DNA of 64,000 nt from Betaproteobacteria bacterium (lineage in GTDB: Bacteria; Pseudomonadota; Gammaproteobacteria; Burkholderiales; SG8-41), in contig JACQOJ010000065.1 in the NCBI GenBank assembly GCA_016202605.1, positions 19,907-83,906 on the forward strand, given 5' to 3'. Below, piece by piece: positions 28,232 to 43,572 of the stretch. The notes beneath the pieces were generated by a model. It worked only from the letters and a program-made list of their open reading frames with translations. It ran no database searches and had not been told where the DNA came from. Each line of letters opens with the position of its first letter. The first letter of the stretch is position 1. A program made the position numbers and the translations under genes.

Positions 28232-28890
28232 TTGCTGCCGCGGCCCTTGCGGGCGAGCGCGACCACCTCATCCAGCACCCGGAAGTAGCGATCGTAATTG
28301 ATGCTGTTGTCCGGATTGAGCGTCATCGATGGCGCTGTCAGATACCTGCCGTCGACGACCACCGCGGGCGTTCCCGGGATATCGTAGTTGCGCGTCAGGT
28401 CGATCGAACGCTGAGCGCGCGACTGGACCGCAAAGGAATTGTAAGTGTCCATGAATTTCTGCCGATCGACGCCGCGCTTCGCCACCCAGTCAAACAGGAT
28501 CTTTGGATCCTGCAGGCGCACTTTTTGGTCGTGGATCGCCGCGAACACATCGTGATGCAACTTGTCGATCAACCCCATGGCCTCGATCGCATAATATGCC
28601 TTGGTTAGCGGCACCCAGGAATCCTGGAATACCGCGGGCACCCGCCTGAACTCCACGTCGGCGGGCTTGCGCTTGAGCCACGCGGCAAGGGGGGGCTGCA
28701 GGTTGTTGCAATGGGGGCACCCGTACCAGAAAAACTCCAGCACCTCGACCTTCGCCCCACTGCCGACAGGTTGCGGTGGATTGACCAGCCTGTAGTCTCT
28801 GCCGGCTACTGCCTGCGCGGCAGCGGGTCCCGCCGCGAGCAACAAAGCAAAGGTTGCCGCGATGGGAAGGAAACGCGTGAGAAGTCGCAT
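28228..28890 (-). CDS. dsbA: thiol:disulfide interchange protein DsbA (paralogue 2)
   Basis: 220-aa ORF with signal peptide MRLLTRFLPIAATFALLLAAGPAAAQA and active site FFWYGCPHCNNL. It is collinear with paralogue 1. Confidence 0.9.
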   Translation of the reverse strand: MRLLTRFLPIAATFALLLAAGPAAAQAVAGRDYRLVNPPQPVGSGAKVEVLEFFWYGCPHCNNLQPPLAAWLKRKPADVEFRRVPAVFQDSWVPLTKAYYAIEAMGLIDKLHHDVFAAIHDQKVRLQDPKILFDWVAKRGVDRQKFMDTYNSFAVQSRAQRSIDLTRNYDIPGTPAVVVDGRYLTAPSMTLNPDNSINYDRYFRVLDEVVALARKGRGSK

Positions 28891-28918
28891 GGGGCCTCCG
28901 TTTCGATAGCAGCGCGGC

Positions 28919-29521
28919 TTAACGCGGAGCGGATTCGCGCACTTTGATGAGCGTGGTTTCCACGCCGTTCCGCTTCAGAGTGTCGCGCGTGCGGTTGAGT
29001 TCCTCGACACTCGTGTAGGGGCCGACGCGCACGCGGTGCCATACGCCCTTGTCCGGGAGCGCCGTCGCCTGGATGCTCGCTTCGATGCCCAGAAGCGCCA
29101 GGCGCGCCTTTAGATTATCCGCATCCGGGGCGCTCTGGAATGCGCCCGCCTGCAGGAAAAAGGACTCCTTCGCGGCCGTCGCGGAAGCTTTCTGCGCGTC
29201 CTTCAGTTGCTGGTCGGTTGCCGGTTCCTCGGTGCCCGGCAGTATCCTGTAAAAATCGAAGCGCGGCTTGCCATCCGGTGCCTTGGGTGCCCGTTCTTCG
29301 CTCCTCGCGACGGGTTCCGGCGCGCTTTTCGACGCTTCGCTCTTGTTGGGGGAAGGCGTCCCGCGGCTGAGGAACGGGCTGGGCATCTTGTTGATGTACC
29401 ACGCCACGCCGAGCGCGATACCGAGCCCCAGAACGAGGCCGATGAGAATACCGACCAGCAGCGAACCGCCGCCTTTGCGACCGCTCCCCTTACGCTCGCT
29501 GCGCTTGTAGTCCTTCGTCAT
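28919..29521 (-). CDS. SPOR domain-containing (FtsN/DedD-like) membrane protein
   Basis: 200-aa ORF with a basic N-terminus and one TM helix (LLVGILIGLVLGLGIALGVAWYI). A Pro/Ser/Lys-rich linker leads to a C-terminal SPOR-like module (FFLQAGAFQSAPDADNLKARLALLG..WHRVRVGPY). Confidence 0.8.
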   Translation of the reverse strand: MTKDYKRSERKGSGRKGGGSLLVGILIGLVLGLGIALGVAWYINKMPSPFLSRGTPSPNKSEASKSAPEPVARSEERAPKAPDGKPRFDFYRILPGTEEPATDQQLKDAQKASATAAKESFFLQAGAFQSAPDADNLKARLALLGIEASIQATALPDKGVWHRVRVGPYTSVEELNRTRDTLKRNGVETTLIKVRESAPR

Positions 29522-29530
29522 GGCGGTATC

Positions 29531-31276
29531 TTACATTCTTTCAGGAGCGGAAACACCCAGCAGCGCGAGGCCGTTGCGCAGCACTTGGCGTACGGCGGAA
29601 ATCAGGGCGAGGCGCGCGCGCTTCACGGGTTCTTCCTCGACCAGGATGCGGGTTGCGTTGTAATAGCTGTGGAACTGCCCGGCAAGCTCTCTCAGGTAGA
29701 ACGCAATCAGATGAGGCGCCAGCTCCCGCGCCGCGTCCTCCACCGCTTCGGGAAATTCGATCAGTCGCTGCAGCAGCGCAAGCTCCTGCGCGGATTCAAG
29801 CGGCGATGGATCGACTCCGGGCAGCTCGCCGACATCCCCGCCCCATTGCTCATGGACGCTGCATACGCGGGCGTGAGCATATTGGACGTAATAGACCGGG
29901 TTTTCGTTGCTCTGCGATTTTGCGAGATCGAGATCGAAGTCCAGGTGTTGGTCGCTCTTGCGCAGCACGTAGAAAAACCGGGCGGCATCGTTGCCGACTT
30001 CCTTGCGCAGTTCGCGCAGGGTCACGAAATCGCCGGCCCGGGTGGACATGGACACTTTTTGACCGTTCCGGTAGAGCACGGCGAACTGGACCAGGGCGAT
30101 GGTCACCTGGTTCGGGTTCACGCCCAATGCCTCCAGCGCGCCCTTGACCCGCGCGATGTAGCCGTGATGATCGGCACCCCATACGTCGATGACCACATCG
30201 AAACCGCGCTCGAATTTGTTCAGGTGATAGGCAATGTCGGAGGCGAAGTAGGTGTATTGACCGTTTTCGCGCTGGACCACCCGGTCCTTTTCGTCCCCGA
30301 AACGCGACGAGCGAAACCACTTTGCCCCGTCCTGGACATAGATGTGCCCGCCCTGCTCCAGCTTCTTGACGGCGCGTTCGACCAGGTCCGAATCGTAGAG
30401 CGACGCCTCGGAAAACCAGTGGTCGAATGCGACGCCAAACTCCGTGAGATCGCTGCGGCAATCGGCCAGCTGCTCGTTCAGCGCGAAACGATGAATGTAA
30501 TCGTAATCGCCTGCAAGCAGGGCCTTCGCATTCGCGATCAGCCCGTCAAGGTGCGCCTCGGCGTCGTTCGCGACATCCGGCACACCGGCAAGCACCTGGG
30601 CCGCGGTGCGTACGTAACGCCTGTCGTGAGCAGCGAAAATCTGGCGGGCCATCGCAATCACGTAGGCGCCTTGATAGGCGTTGGGCGGAAAGGGCACGCC
30701 CTCACCGGCGATCTCAAGGTAACGCAACCAAGTGGACGACGCCAGGATATCCATCTGGCGACCGGCGTCGTTCACGTAGTATTCGCGCGCGACCGCGAAA
30801 CCGGCGCGTTCGAGCACGTTCGCGAGGCTTGCGCCAAATGCCGCGCCACGCCCGTGGCCGACGTGAAGGGGACCGGTGGGATTTGCCGAAACGAATTCAA
30901 CCTGGACCCGTTTATTCTGCCCGAGCGTACTGCTGCCGTAGTCGGTGCCGGCGCGCAGAATATGGGTGACGATCTGCTGCTTGAACGAGCGCTTGAGAAA
31001 AAGGTTGATAAACCCCGCACCCGCGATCTCCGCCCGTTCCAGATACGGCGACGGCGGCAGGGCGGCGATCAACCTCGCCGCAATGTCGCGGGGCGCCGCA
31101 CGCAGTTGCTTGGCAAGCTGCAGGGCGAGGCTGCAGGCGTAATCGCCGTGGTGCGCCTGCTTCGGCTTCTCCAGCACGACGATAGCCTCAGGCGGCTGCG
31201 CCATCATCTCGCGTAACGCCTGAGAGAGCAGCCTCGAAAAATGCGCGCGCAGATCCGGTGTGGTTGAAGTCGTCAT
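29531..31276 (-). CDS. argS: arginine--tRNA ligase
   Basis: 581-aa ORF with the class I HIGH region SANPTGPLHVGHGRGA and the anticodon-binding C-terminus ending ..GVSAPERM. Confidence 0.97.
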   Translation of the reverse strand: MTTSTTPDLRAHFSRLLSQALREMMAQPPEAIVVLEKPKQAHHGDYACSLALQLAKQLRAAPRDIAARLIAALPPSPYLERAEIAGAGFINLFLKRSFKQQIVTHILRAGTDYGSSTLGQNKRVQVEFVSANPTGPLHVGHGRGAAFGASLANVLERAGFAVAREYYVNDAGRQMDILASSTWLRYLEIAGEGVPFPPNAYQGAYVIAMARQIFAAHDRRYVRTAAQVLAGVPDVANDAEAHLDGLIANAKALLAGDYDYIHRFALNEQLADCRSDLTEFGVAFDHWFSEASLYDSDLVERAVKKLEQGGHIYVQDGAKWFRSSRFGDEKDRVVQRENGQYTYFASDIAYHLNKFERGFDVVIDVWGADHHGYIARVKGALEALGVNPNQVTIALVQFAVLYRNGQKVSMSTRAGDFVTLRELRKEVGNDAARFFYVLRKSDQHLDFDLDLAKSQSNENPVYYVQYAHARVCSVHEQWGGDVGELPGVDPSPLESAQELALLQRLIEFPEAVEDAARELAPHLIAFYLRELAGQFHSYYNATRILVEEEPVKRARLALISAVRQVLRNGLALLGVSAPERM

Positions 31277-31335
31277 TCGCCAGCGGCTCGCAAAAGAGCG
31301 CGATATTATAGCCGAGGCTTGGAATCGGGCCCGTT

Positions 31336-33522
31336 TCAGAACGCGAGCGGATCGACGTCGAGCGACCAGCGCGCGCGGCTCAAGCGCTCCGCCACGAGCT
31401 TGTCGTGCCAGGCCGCGAGGAATTCCTGCAGCCGGCTGCGCGATTCGGCCTGAACGAGTAATTGCGCCCGCTCCCGCCCGGCGAGCCGCACCATCGCGGC
31501 GGGAACCGGATCATAAATGGTCACGCGATGTCCGAGCGATTTGCCGATCCGCGCCGCGCGCGCGAGGAAAGCGAGCGCCGTTTCGAGCCGGGAGGCTTCG
31601 GCGCGCAGCAATGCCTGATGCATGAACGGCGGAAGTCCCGCCTGGCGGCGCTCATCCAGCAGATGGCGAGCAAACACGGCATAGTCCTGGCTGCGCAAGG
31701 CGGTATAAAGCGGATGGTCGGGGAAATCCGTCTGGATAAGAACTTCTCCTTGCGTTTCCCCGCGCCCCGCCCGCCCGGCCACCTGGGTCAGCAACGCGAA
31801 AAGCCGCTCGGAGGCGCGAAAATCGGTGCTGTAGAGGAGGCTGTCGGCGTTGACAACGCCGACCAAGTTGAGGTGGGGAAAGTCGTGGCCCTTGGCGAGA
31901 ATCTGAGTCCCGACGAGAATGTCGACTTCGCGTTCGTGAATCCGGCGACGCATTTCGGGCCATGCCAGCTTGCGGCGGGTGCTGTCGCGATCGATCCTGA
32001 GGATTCGCGCGTGCGGGAAATGCTGCATCAGCGCCGCCTCGATACGCTGCGTGCCATGCCCCAGCGGAGCGAGGTCGTGGCTGCCGCACCCCGGGCATAC
32101 CACGGGCACCGGCGCCTGGTGGCCGCAGTGGTGACAACGCAGGCTGCGGTCGCGCAGGTGGAGCACCAGTTGTGCCGAGCAGCGCCGGCATCCCGATAGC
32201 CACCCGCAGCCATGGCACATCAGCACCGGCGCGAAGCCGCGGCGGTTGATGAATACCATGCTCTGCTCGTTGCACGTGAGCCGGGCGGCCATCGCATCCA
32301 GCAACCGGGGAGAGAGTCCGTCGGTTGTCCGGTCACCGCGGGTGTTGATGCAGGCGATTAGAGGAGGGGCGGCGTTGATACGGCGGGATAGCGTGAGCAG
32401 GTGATATCGCCCAGCGATGGCGTTCCGGTAGCTTTCGAGGGCGGGAGTGGCCGAGCCGAGGAGGATGGGAATGCCGCATTGTCGTGCCCGCACCACAGCG
32501 AGGTCGCGGGCGGAATAGCGCAGGCCCTCCATCTGCTTGAGCGACGCATCGTGTTCCTCATCGACGATGATGATCCCGAGTTCGGGCAGCGGTGCGAAGA
32601 CGGCGAGCCGGGTGCCCAGGACAATGCGTGCGCGACCTGCCCGGGCGGCGAGCCAATGTTCAAGGCGTTCAGCCTCGCTGAGCCCGCTGTGGAGCGTGGT
32701 TATGCAAGCGAGCGGAAAGCGGGTGCGCACCACGGCTTCAAGCTGTGGCGTGAGCGCAATTTCGGGCACCAGCAGCAGCGCCTGGCGGCCAGCCCGCAGA
32801 ACGGCATCCATCGCGTGCAGATAAACTTCCGTCTTGCCGCTGCCGGTTACGCCCAGCAGGAGAAAAGGCACGAATCGATCCAGTCGCGCGCAGATCGCGT
32901 GGCTCGCATCAGTCTGCTCGCGCGTGAGGGGCGGCGCGTCCTCAGCCGCGTGCTGCTTCGTCGCCGGCCCGGACGGTTGCACCCTCTTGCCGGGGGCAAC
33001 CCAACCGCGGGCGACGAGATCCTTGAGCACCGACGGCGCCGAGGGCGCTACGGTCTTTATTACTGATATATCGAGGCTTCGCCGTTCCTTGAACAGCGCC
33101 AGCAAGCGCAGCCGCACCGGCGCGCGGGCGGGAGCGGTTGCGGCTGCGGCGACCTCCCCCGCAGCCGTCAGAGCCCAGTGTGCGGTAGCGGGCTCGAGCG
33201 CCCGGATGCGCCGCAAACGCGCAGGTAAACTGCCCAGGACGACGCTGCCCAGTCCGTGATGGTAATACCCCGCCGCGAATTTCAGCAGTCGCAGGTCGCG
33301 GGCGCCGAGGGCCGGGACATCACGCACGACGCGCAGAACGTCCTTGAGGCGGTCAAACGGAACGGTGCTCCGGGTGGCGAACTCCAGAATGACGCCAACC
33401 ACCATTCGCTTGCCGAGTGGAACGATCGCGAGCCGGCCCACGTCGTCGACCCCGGCATCAGCGGCAAGGTAATCGAAGGTTGTCGCTACGGGTACATCGA
33501 GTGCGACGCGGGCGATTTTCAT
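31336..33522 (-). CDS. priA: primosomal replication-restart helicase PriA
   Basis: 728-aa ORF with Walker A GVTGSGKTEVY and DEEHD. The Cys-rich zinc module reads CHGCGW..CRRCS..CHHCG..CPGCG. Confidence 0.96.
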   Translation of the reverse strand: MKIARVALDVPVATTFDYLAADAGVDDVGRLAIVPLGKRMVVGVILEFATRSTVPFDRLKDVLRVVRDVPALGARDLRLLKFAAGYYHHGLGSVVLGSLPARLRRIRALEPATAHWALTAAGEVAAAATAPARAPVRLRLLALFKERRSLDISVIKTVAPSAPSVLKDLVARGWVAPGKRVQPSGPATKQHAAEDAPPLTREQTDASHAICARLDRFVPFLLLGVTGSGKTEVYLHAMDAVLRAGRQALLLVPEIALTPQLEAVVRTRFPLACITTLHSGLSEAERLEHWLAARAGRARIVLGTRLAVFAPLPELGIIIVDEEHDASLKQMEGLRYSARDLAVVRARQCGIPILLGSATPALESYRNAIAGRYHLLTLSRRINAAPPLIACINTRGDRTTDGLSPRLLDAMAARLTCNEQSMVFINRRGFAPVLMCHGCGWLSGCRRCSAQLVLHLRDRSLRCHHCGHQAPVPVVCPGCGSHDLAPLGHGTQRIEAALMQHFPHARILRIDRDSTRRKLAWPEMRRRIHEREVDILVGTQILAKGHDFPHLNLVGVVNADSLLYSTDFRASERLFALLTQVAGRAGRGETQGEVLIQTDFPDHPLYTALRSQDYAVFARHLLDERRQAGLPPFMHQALLRAEASRLETALAFLARAARIGKSLGHRVTIYDPVPAAMVRLAGRERAQLLVQAESRSRLQEFLAAWHDKLVAERLSRARWSLDVDPLAF

Positions 33523-33619
33523 CGAGCCGGCAAAAGTGGACGATCAAAGTAGAAATGAATTGCTCACGCCAATTCTGAAAACACGCGGCAACCGGTTTAC
33601 GCAGCGCAAAAAACTCGTG

Positions 33620-33643
33620 TTATTCACATCATGCTGTGGATAA
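33620..33643. promoter_or_regulatory. inverted pair of DnaA boxes about 100 bp upstream of priA
   Basis: TTATTCACA (33620-33628, one mismatch), 6 bp, then TGTGGATAA (33635-33643, the perfect box on the minus strand). It sits in the largest intergenic gap of the window. Confidence 0.6.
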
Positions 33644-33812
33644 CTATGTTAATGAGTTTTGGTCGAGCGCCATCATGGGCTCAGCGGGATGCTTCAAGCG
33701 CTACCGAGAGCCTGCACCAAGAATAGGCTACCCATTGATATGGCGTGAGAAACTTCATGCCCCGGGCGGTGGCAAACGAAGCGGCGGCAGTGGCGCATGG
33801 GAAGTGGCTTCT

Positions 33813-33821
33813 TGTGCATAA
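33813..33821 (-). promoter_or_regulatory. third DnaA-box-like 9-mer (TGTGCATAA, one mismatch)
   Basis: It has the same orientation as the perfect box at 33635-33643 and lies just downstream of the hemE stop. Confidence 0.35.
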
Positions 33822-33870
33822 ATATCCGTGCCACGCGCGTTGCGGCGCAACGCGATGCAGGCAAGGCGCG

Positions 33871-34926
33871 CTAGTGATAAGAGCGGCTATGTTCGTGCAC
33901 CGCATCAACGAGGGCCGCCACATTTTCCGGCGCCGTGAACTGGGATATCCCGTGCCCCAGATTGAAGACGTGTCCGCTGCCCTCACCGAATGCTGCCAGA
34001 ATGCGATGCGCTTGTTCGCGGATTACCGCAGGCTCGGCGAACAGAACGGCCGGATCGAGATTGCCTTGCAGGGCGACCCGGCCTTGCACGCGCTGCCGCG
34101 CCGCGCCGATATCGATTGTCCAGTCGAGGCCGACCGCATCACATCCGGTGTCTGCGATGTCTTCCAACCATAACCCGCCGCCTTTTGTGAATACGATGTT
34201 GGGAATCGCATTCGCCCCGTGCCTGCGTATGAGTCCGGCCACGACGCGTTCCAGGTAACGCAAAGAAAACTCACGGTATGCGGCGGCGCTGAGCAGGCCG
34301 CCCCACGTGTCGAAGAGCATTATCGCCCGGGCGCCCGCCTCGATCTGGGCGTTGAGGTAGGCTGTCACGGCACGACTGTTTACGTCGAGGATATGATGCA
34401 GGAGTTCGGGCCGTGCGTACAGCATGGTTCTCGTAACAGGAAAATCGGTGCTCGCCCCGCCCTCCACCATGTAGCACGCCAACGTAAACGGGCTTCCGGA
34501 AAATCCGATCAGCGGCACCTCGCTGGCGAGCGCCCTGTGGCTTTGCGCCACGGTGTCAAGCACGTAGCGCAAATGCTGGTGCGGATCGGGCGCGCGCAGG
34601 TTACGGATTTCCCACTCGTTGCGCAGCGGACGCTCGAATTTTGGACCCTCACCCTCGACGAAATACAGCCCGAGACCCATGGCATCAGGAATGGTGAGGA
34701 TGTCCGAAAAGACGATCGCGGCGTCGAGGGCGAAGCGCGCCAGAGGCTGCAATGTGACTTCGGTTGCGAGGTCGGGGTTCTTGCATAGCGCAAGAAAACT
34801 GCCCGCCCGGGCACGGGTCTGGTTGTATTCGGGCAGATAACGCCCGGCCTGGCGCATGAGCCAGATCGGCGTATATGGGGCGGGCTGGCGCAGCAGCGCC
34901 CGAATCAGGGTGTCGTTCTTCAGCAT
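33871..34926 (-). CDS. hemE: uroporphyrinogen decarboxylase
   Basis: 351-aa ORF with the signature [15 protein letters not shown] near the N-terminus. Confidence 0.96.
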   Translation of the reverse strand: MLKNDTLIRALLRQPAPYTPIWLMRQAGRYLPEYNQTRARAGSFLALCKNPDLATEVTLQPLARFALDAAIVFSDILTIPDAMGLGLYFVEGEGPKFERPLRNEWEIRNLRAPDPHQHLRYVLDTVAQSHRALASEVPLIGFSGSPFTLACYMVEGGASTDFPVTRTMLYARPELLHHILDVNSRAVTAYLNAQIEAGARAIMLFDTWGGLLSAAAYREFSLRYLERVVAGLIRRHGANAIPNIVFTKGGGLWLEDIADTGCDAVGLDWTIDIGAARQRVQGRVALQGNLDPAVLFAEPAVIREQAHRILAAFGEGSGHVFNLGHGISQFTAPENVAALVDAVHEHSRSYH

Positions 34927-35008
34927 TGATGGGGCGCCACAATTCGCGAGTAGCAGGCGACGCGCGCTGCCGGTCGCTTCGCGCCTCGCACGCTGTTCTT
35001 TATGAATT

Positions 35009-36430
35009 TCAGCGCGGCAGGGTCGAGCTGCCCGTCAGGAATTCATCGACCGCCCGCGCGCACTGCCGCCCTTCGCGGATCGCCCAGACGACGAGCGACT
35101 GTCCACGGCGCATGTCGCCGGCAACAAACACCCTGTCGAGCGACGCGCGGTAATTTTCCGTATCGGCCCTGACGCTGCTGCGGGCATCTTTCTCGACGCC
35201 AAGCTCGGCGAGCAGCCCGCTTTGGACCGGTCCCAGGAATCCCATCGCCAGCAGCACGAGATCGGCTTTCATTTCGAATTCCGAGCCGGGGATTTCCTGC
35301 ATCCTTCCATCCTGCCACGCCACGCGGGCGGCGATGAGCTTCTCGACCCTGCCGCCGCGGCCCTCGAAACGCTTGGTGGCCACCGCCCAGCCGCGCTCGC
35401 AGCCTTCCTCGTGCGAGGACGAGGTACGTAATTTCACCGGCCAGTAAGGCCACACGAGCGGCTTGTTCTCGCACTCGGGGGGCTGTGGCAGCAGCTCGAA
35501 CTGAGTGATGGACTTGGCCTGTTGCCGATTGGAGGTTCCGACGCAGTCAGAGCCGGTGTCGCCACCACCGATGACCACAACGTGCTTGTCGGTGGCGAGG
35601 ATCTGCCCCGACACCTCCTCGCCCGCGACGGCCCTGTTCTGCTGCGGCAGGAACTCCATTGCGAAATGCACGCCGGCGAGCTCGCGTCCCGGCACCGGCA
35701 AATCGCGCGGCTGCTCGGCGCCGCCGGCGAGCACCAACGCGTCAAAACTTTCGAGCAATGTCCTCGCCGATACGTCGGCGCCGACATGCTGCTTGACGCG
35801 GAACTCCACGCCTTCCGCGCACATCTGATCGAGCCGGCGATCGATATGGCGCTTTTCCATCTTGAAGTCGGGAATGCCGTAACGCAGCAGACCGCCGATA
35901 CGATCGCTCTTTTCAAATACCACGACATCATGGCCGACCCGCGCCAGCTGCTGCGCACAGGCGAGTCCTGCCGGACCCGAACCCACGACCGCAACACGCT
36001 TCCCGGTCCTGGACGCCGGAGGCTGTGGCAATACCCAGCCCATCTCCCAGCCTTTGTCGATGATCGCATGCTCGATCGATTTGATACCGACCGGATCGTT
36101 GTTGATATTGAGCGTGCATGACTCCTCGCAAGGCGCCGGGCACACGCGCCCGGTGAACTCCGGGAAGTTGTTGGTCGAATGGAGGACGTCGAGCGCCCGT
36201 TTCCAGTCCTGTTTGTAAACGAGATCGTTCCAATCCGGAATAATGTTGTTGATCGGGCATCCGCTCATGCAGAACGGCGTGCCGCAGTCCATGCAGCGCG
36301 CGCCCTGGATCCCCGCGTGTTCATCGGACAGCGGAATGACGAACTCGCGGTAATGCTTGACGCGCTCCCGCGGCGCCTGCGCCGCTTCATGCAGGCGCCC
36401 GTATTCCATGAAACCCGTAATCTTGCCCAT
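35009..36430 (-). CDS. gltD: glutamate synthase small (NADPH) subunit
   Basis: 473-aa ORF with N-terminal Fe-S cysteines ([12 protein letters not shown]). Two dinucleotide folds are present ([12 protein letters not shown]; [11 protein letters not shown]). Confidence 0.95.
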   Translation of the reverse strand: MGKITGFMEYGRLHEAAQAPRERVKHYREFVIPLSDEHAGIQGARCMDCGTPFCMSGCPINNIIPDWNDLVYKQDWKRALDVLHSTNNFPEFTGRVCPAPCEESCTLNINNDPVGIKSIEHAIIDKGWEMGWVLPQPPASRTGKRVAVVGSGPAGLACAQQLARVGHDVVVFEKSDRIGGLLRYGIPDFKMEKRHIDRRLDQMCAEGVEFRVKQHVGADVSARTLLESFDALVLAGGAEQPRDLPVPGRELAGVHFAMEFLPQQNRAVAGEEVSGQILATDKHVVVIGGGDTGSDCVGTSNRQQAKSITQFELLPQPPECENKPLVWPYWPVKLRTSSSHEEGCERGWAVATKRFEGRGGRVEKLIAARVAWQDGRMQEIPGSEFEMKADLVLLAMGFLGPVQSGLLAELGVEKDARSSVRADTENYRASLDRVFVAGDMRRGQSLVVWAIREGRQCARAVDEFLTGSSTLPR

Positions 36431-36530
36431 CTATCTTGAACCCTATAAAAGCCTCTGCCGAAAAGGGCGTGGCGCCGGCACACAGGGGACCGCGGATGCC
36501 TCGCGCCCCGGGCTCTACCGTGCGCGGGTC

Positions 36531-41276
<4,746 letters not shown>

Positions 41277-41369
41277 AATTCGGAGTGAAACCAGTTAAGT
41301 CTACATCCTTCAAGGGCTTGCTTCAACACCAAATACAGTTAGCAAGCGCTTACTGATAAACTTGGCGCG

Positions 41370-42491
41370 TCAGCTTTCCTCTATTGCAAAGAGGCGGCGG
41401 TGTTCAAGAATGGCGTAACGGTCCGTCATTCCGGCGATGTAGTCGGCGATGGCGCGCGGCCTGTCCTGGGCGGCGCGAACCTGGAATTCGGGTGGCAGCA
41501 GGTGCGGATCAGCCAAGAAGGTGTGGAACAGATCGTTGACGATACGGCGCGCTTTGGCGCTCATGCGGGCGACCCTGAAATGCTGGTACAGGTTGGCGCG
41601 CAGAAACTGTTTCAGCTCTTGCTGCTCGCCGCGGATCTGCTCGCTGAAGCCGACTAACGGGGGCGCTTCCCTTACATCTTCAATGGTCTTCGGTTTATGG
41701 GTATGGATATTCCTCGTGCTCTGCCGGATAAGGTCAGTTACGAGGGTGTCGATCATCCGACGCACGGTCTCGTGCACCAGACGGCGGCCGGTCAAATGCG
41801 GAAAAGCCTTCAGTGCGGCGCCCATATGGCGCGCAAAAATTCTCACCTGCGACAACTGGTCGAGCGCGAGCAGACCGGAACGCAGGCCATCGTCGACGTC
41901 ATGGTTATTGTAGGCGATCTCGTCAGCGAGGTTGGCGATCTGCGCTTCCAGCGACGGGCGCCGTTTCCTGATGAAACGCTGCCCCACCGCCCCCAGGCTT
42001 CTGGCCGTTTTCACAGAGCAATGCTTCAGTATTCCTTCACGGGTTTCAAAGGTCAGGTTGAGCCCGTCAAACGCACCGTAGCGCTGCTCCAGCACATCGA
42101 CGACCCGCAGGCTCTGGAGATTATGTTCAAATCCGCCAAAGGGTTTCATGCAGGCGTTAAGGGCATCCTGGCCGGTATGTCCGAAGGGGGTATGCCCAAG
42201 GTCATGCGCCAGCGCGATTGCCTCGGTGAGGTCCTCGTCCAGCAGCATGCTGCGCGCCACTGAGCGACCGATTTGCGCGACTTCCAGACTGTGCGTCAAG
42301 CGCGTTCGGAACAGGTCTCCTTCATGATTCACGAAAACCTGCGTTTTGTATTCGAGGCGCCGGAATGCGGTCGAGTGAATGATCCGGTCGCGGTCGCGCT
42401 GGTATTCGCTGCGGCCATTCGGAGGGGGTTCGGGGCGCTGCCGTCCACGCGAGCGTTCAAGCCGGGCCGCGTATGGCGCGAGATCAGGCAT
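41370..42491 (-). CDS. dgt: dGTP triphosphohydrolase-like HD-domain protein
   Basis: The ATG at 42491 gives [40 protein letters not shown], the conserved Dgt N-terminus. HD motifs [10 protein letters not shown] and [10 protein letters not shown] are present. The ORF-track start at 42797 runs antisense through aroB and is spurious. Confidence 0.9.
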   Translation of the reverse strand: MPDLAPYAARLERSRGRQRPEPPPNGRSEYQRDRDRIIHSTAFRRLEYKTQVFVNHEGDLFRTRLTHSLEVAQIGRSVARSMLLDEDLTEAIALAHDLGHTPFGHTGQDALNACMKPFGGFEHNLQSLRVVDVLEQRYGAFDGLNLTFETREGILKHCSVKTARSLGAVGQRFIRKRRPSLEAQIANLADEIAYNNHDVDDGLRSGLLALDQLSQVRIFARHMGAALKAFPHLTGRRLVHETVRRMIDTLVTDLIRQSTRNIHTHKPKTIEDVREAPPLVGFSEQIRGEQQELKQFLRANLYQHFRVARMSAKARRIVNDLFHTFLADPHLLPPEFQVRAAQDRPRAIADYIAGMTDRYAILEHRRLFAIEES

Positions 42492-43572
42492 GCGCCGGCT
42501 GCCCTCCGAGCACGGCGGCGACTTCGGTGCGCGACATGCCATCCGAAACGAAGGCCTCGCCGATGCGCCTGAGAAGGATGAAACGGATCCTGCCACCCTC
42601 GACTTTCTTGTCGTGGCCCATGAGTTCGAGGTAGCGGTCGACACCGAAGTCGGGGGGGACGACCGGGAGTTTGGTCTGCGCGAGAAGAGCGACGATTCGC
42701 GTGACGTCGGCTTCTGCCAGGAGGCCCAAATATTGCGAAAGTCTTGCCGCCAGTACCATCCCTGCGGCAACTGCCTCGCCATGCAGCCACGCGCCATAAC
42801 CCATGCCCGCCTCGATCGCGTGGCCGAAGGTATGGCCGTAGTTCAGCAATGCGCGCAGCCCGGTTTCGCGCTCATCGAGCGCGACAATTTCAGCCTTGTT
42901 CCGGCAGGAGCGTTCGATGGCGCAGGCGAGCGCCCCCGGTTCGCGCGCCAGGAGGCGTCCGATATTGCGCTCAAGCCAGTCAAAGAATGCCGCATCGCGG
43001 ATGAGGCCGTATTTGATGACCTCGGCGATGCCGGCGGAAAGCTCGCGGTCGGGCAATGTGGCCAGGGTATCGGTATCGGCGACGACCGCCAGAGGCTGAT
43101 AGAAGGCGCCGATCATGTTCTTGCCCAGTCGATGATTGATCGCGGTCTTGCCGCCCACCGCGGAATCGACTTGCGCAAGGAGGGTTGTCGGCACCTGGAT
43201 GAAAGGCACGCCCCGTTGATAGGTGGCCGCCGCGAATCCGGCCAGGTCTCCGACCACGCCACCCCCCAAGGCGAGAAGCGTCGTCTTGCGCTCGCAGCGG
43301 TTCACGATCAGCGCGTCAAAGATCGTGTTCAGCGTCTCCCAGTTCTTGTGATTCTCTCCATCCGGCAGCACGACGGATATCACCCTGACGCCACATGCCT
43401 CGAGCCGTCCCTGAAGCGGCTCCAGATAAAGCGGCGCCACGGTCGAGTTGGTGATAATGGCGACGCTTTGTTGCGGCAGTTTGGCGGTGACCAGATCCGG
43501 CCGCGACAACAGGCCCGCCCCAATGTGGATCGGGTAGCTGCGGTCGCCCAGCGCAACGGTAAGGGTATTCAT
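42484..43572 (-). CDS. aroB: 3-dehydroquinate synthase
   Basis: 362-aa ORF collinear with AroB (..[48 protein letters not shown]..). It overlaps aroK by 4 bp. Confidence 0.96.
   Translation of the reverse strand: MNTLTVALGDRSYPIHIGAGLLSRPDLVTAKLPQQSVAIITNSTVAPLYLEPLQGRLEACGVRVISVVLPDGENHKNWETLNTIFDALIVNRCERKTTLLALGGGVVGDLAGFAAATYQRGVPFIQVPTTLLAQVDSAVGGKTAINHRLGKNMIGAFYQPLAVVADTDTLATLPDRELSAGIAEVIKYGLIRDAAFFDWLERNIGRLLAREPGALACAIERSCRNKAEIVALDERETGLRALLNYGHTFGHAIEAGMGYGAWLHGEAVAAGMVLAARLSQYLGLLAEADVTRIVALLAQTKLPVVPPDFGVDRYLELMGHDKKVEGGRIRFILLRRIGEAFVSDGMSRTEVAAVLGGQPAHA

Noticed and set aside
29207-31216. 669-aa plus-strand ORF covering almost all of argS in antisense
   Set aside because: This is a shadow ORF of GC-rich DNA. 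It exactly mirrors a gene with unambiguous class I aaRS motifs. Its translation is a low-complexity Arg/Ala/Gly/Leu-rich string with no recognisable motif and no RBS context.
33636-33821. 61-aa ORF (MDNYVNEFWSS..) and the overlapping 101-aa minus ORF (33681..33986) in the priA-hemE spacer
   Set aside because: There is no RBS and no recognisable motif. The composition is unlike neighbouring genes. The minus ORF runs into hemE out of frame. Both are treated as non-coding.
33523-33870. hemE-adjacent oriC, as in alpha-proteobacteria, suggested by three DnaA-box-like sites in the largest spacer
   Set aside because: Gene orientation does not switch here: priA/argS on one side and hemE/gltDB on the other are all on the minus strand. 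The rpmH-atp genes would then be head-on. Three boxes with no clear repeated AT-rich DUE is thin evidence. It is kept as a DnaA-binding regulatory finding, not as an origin call.
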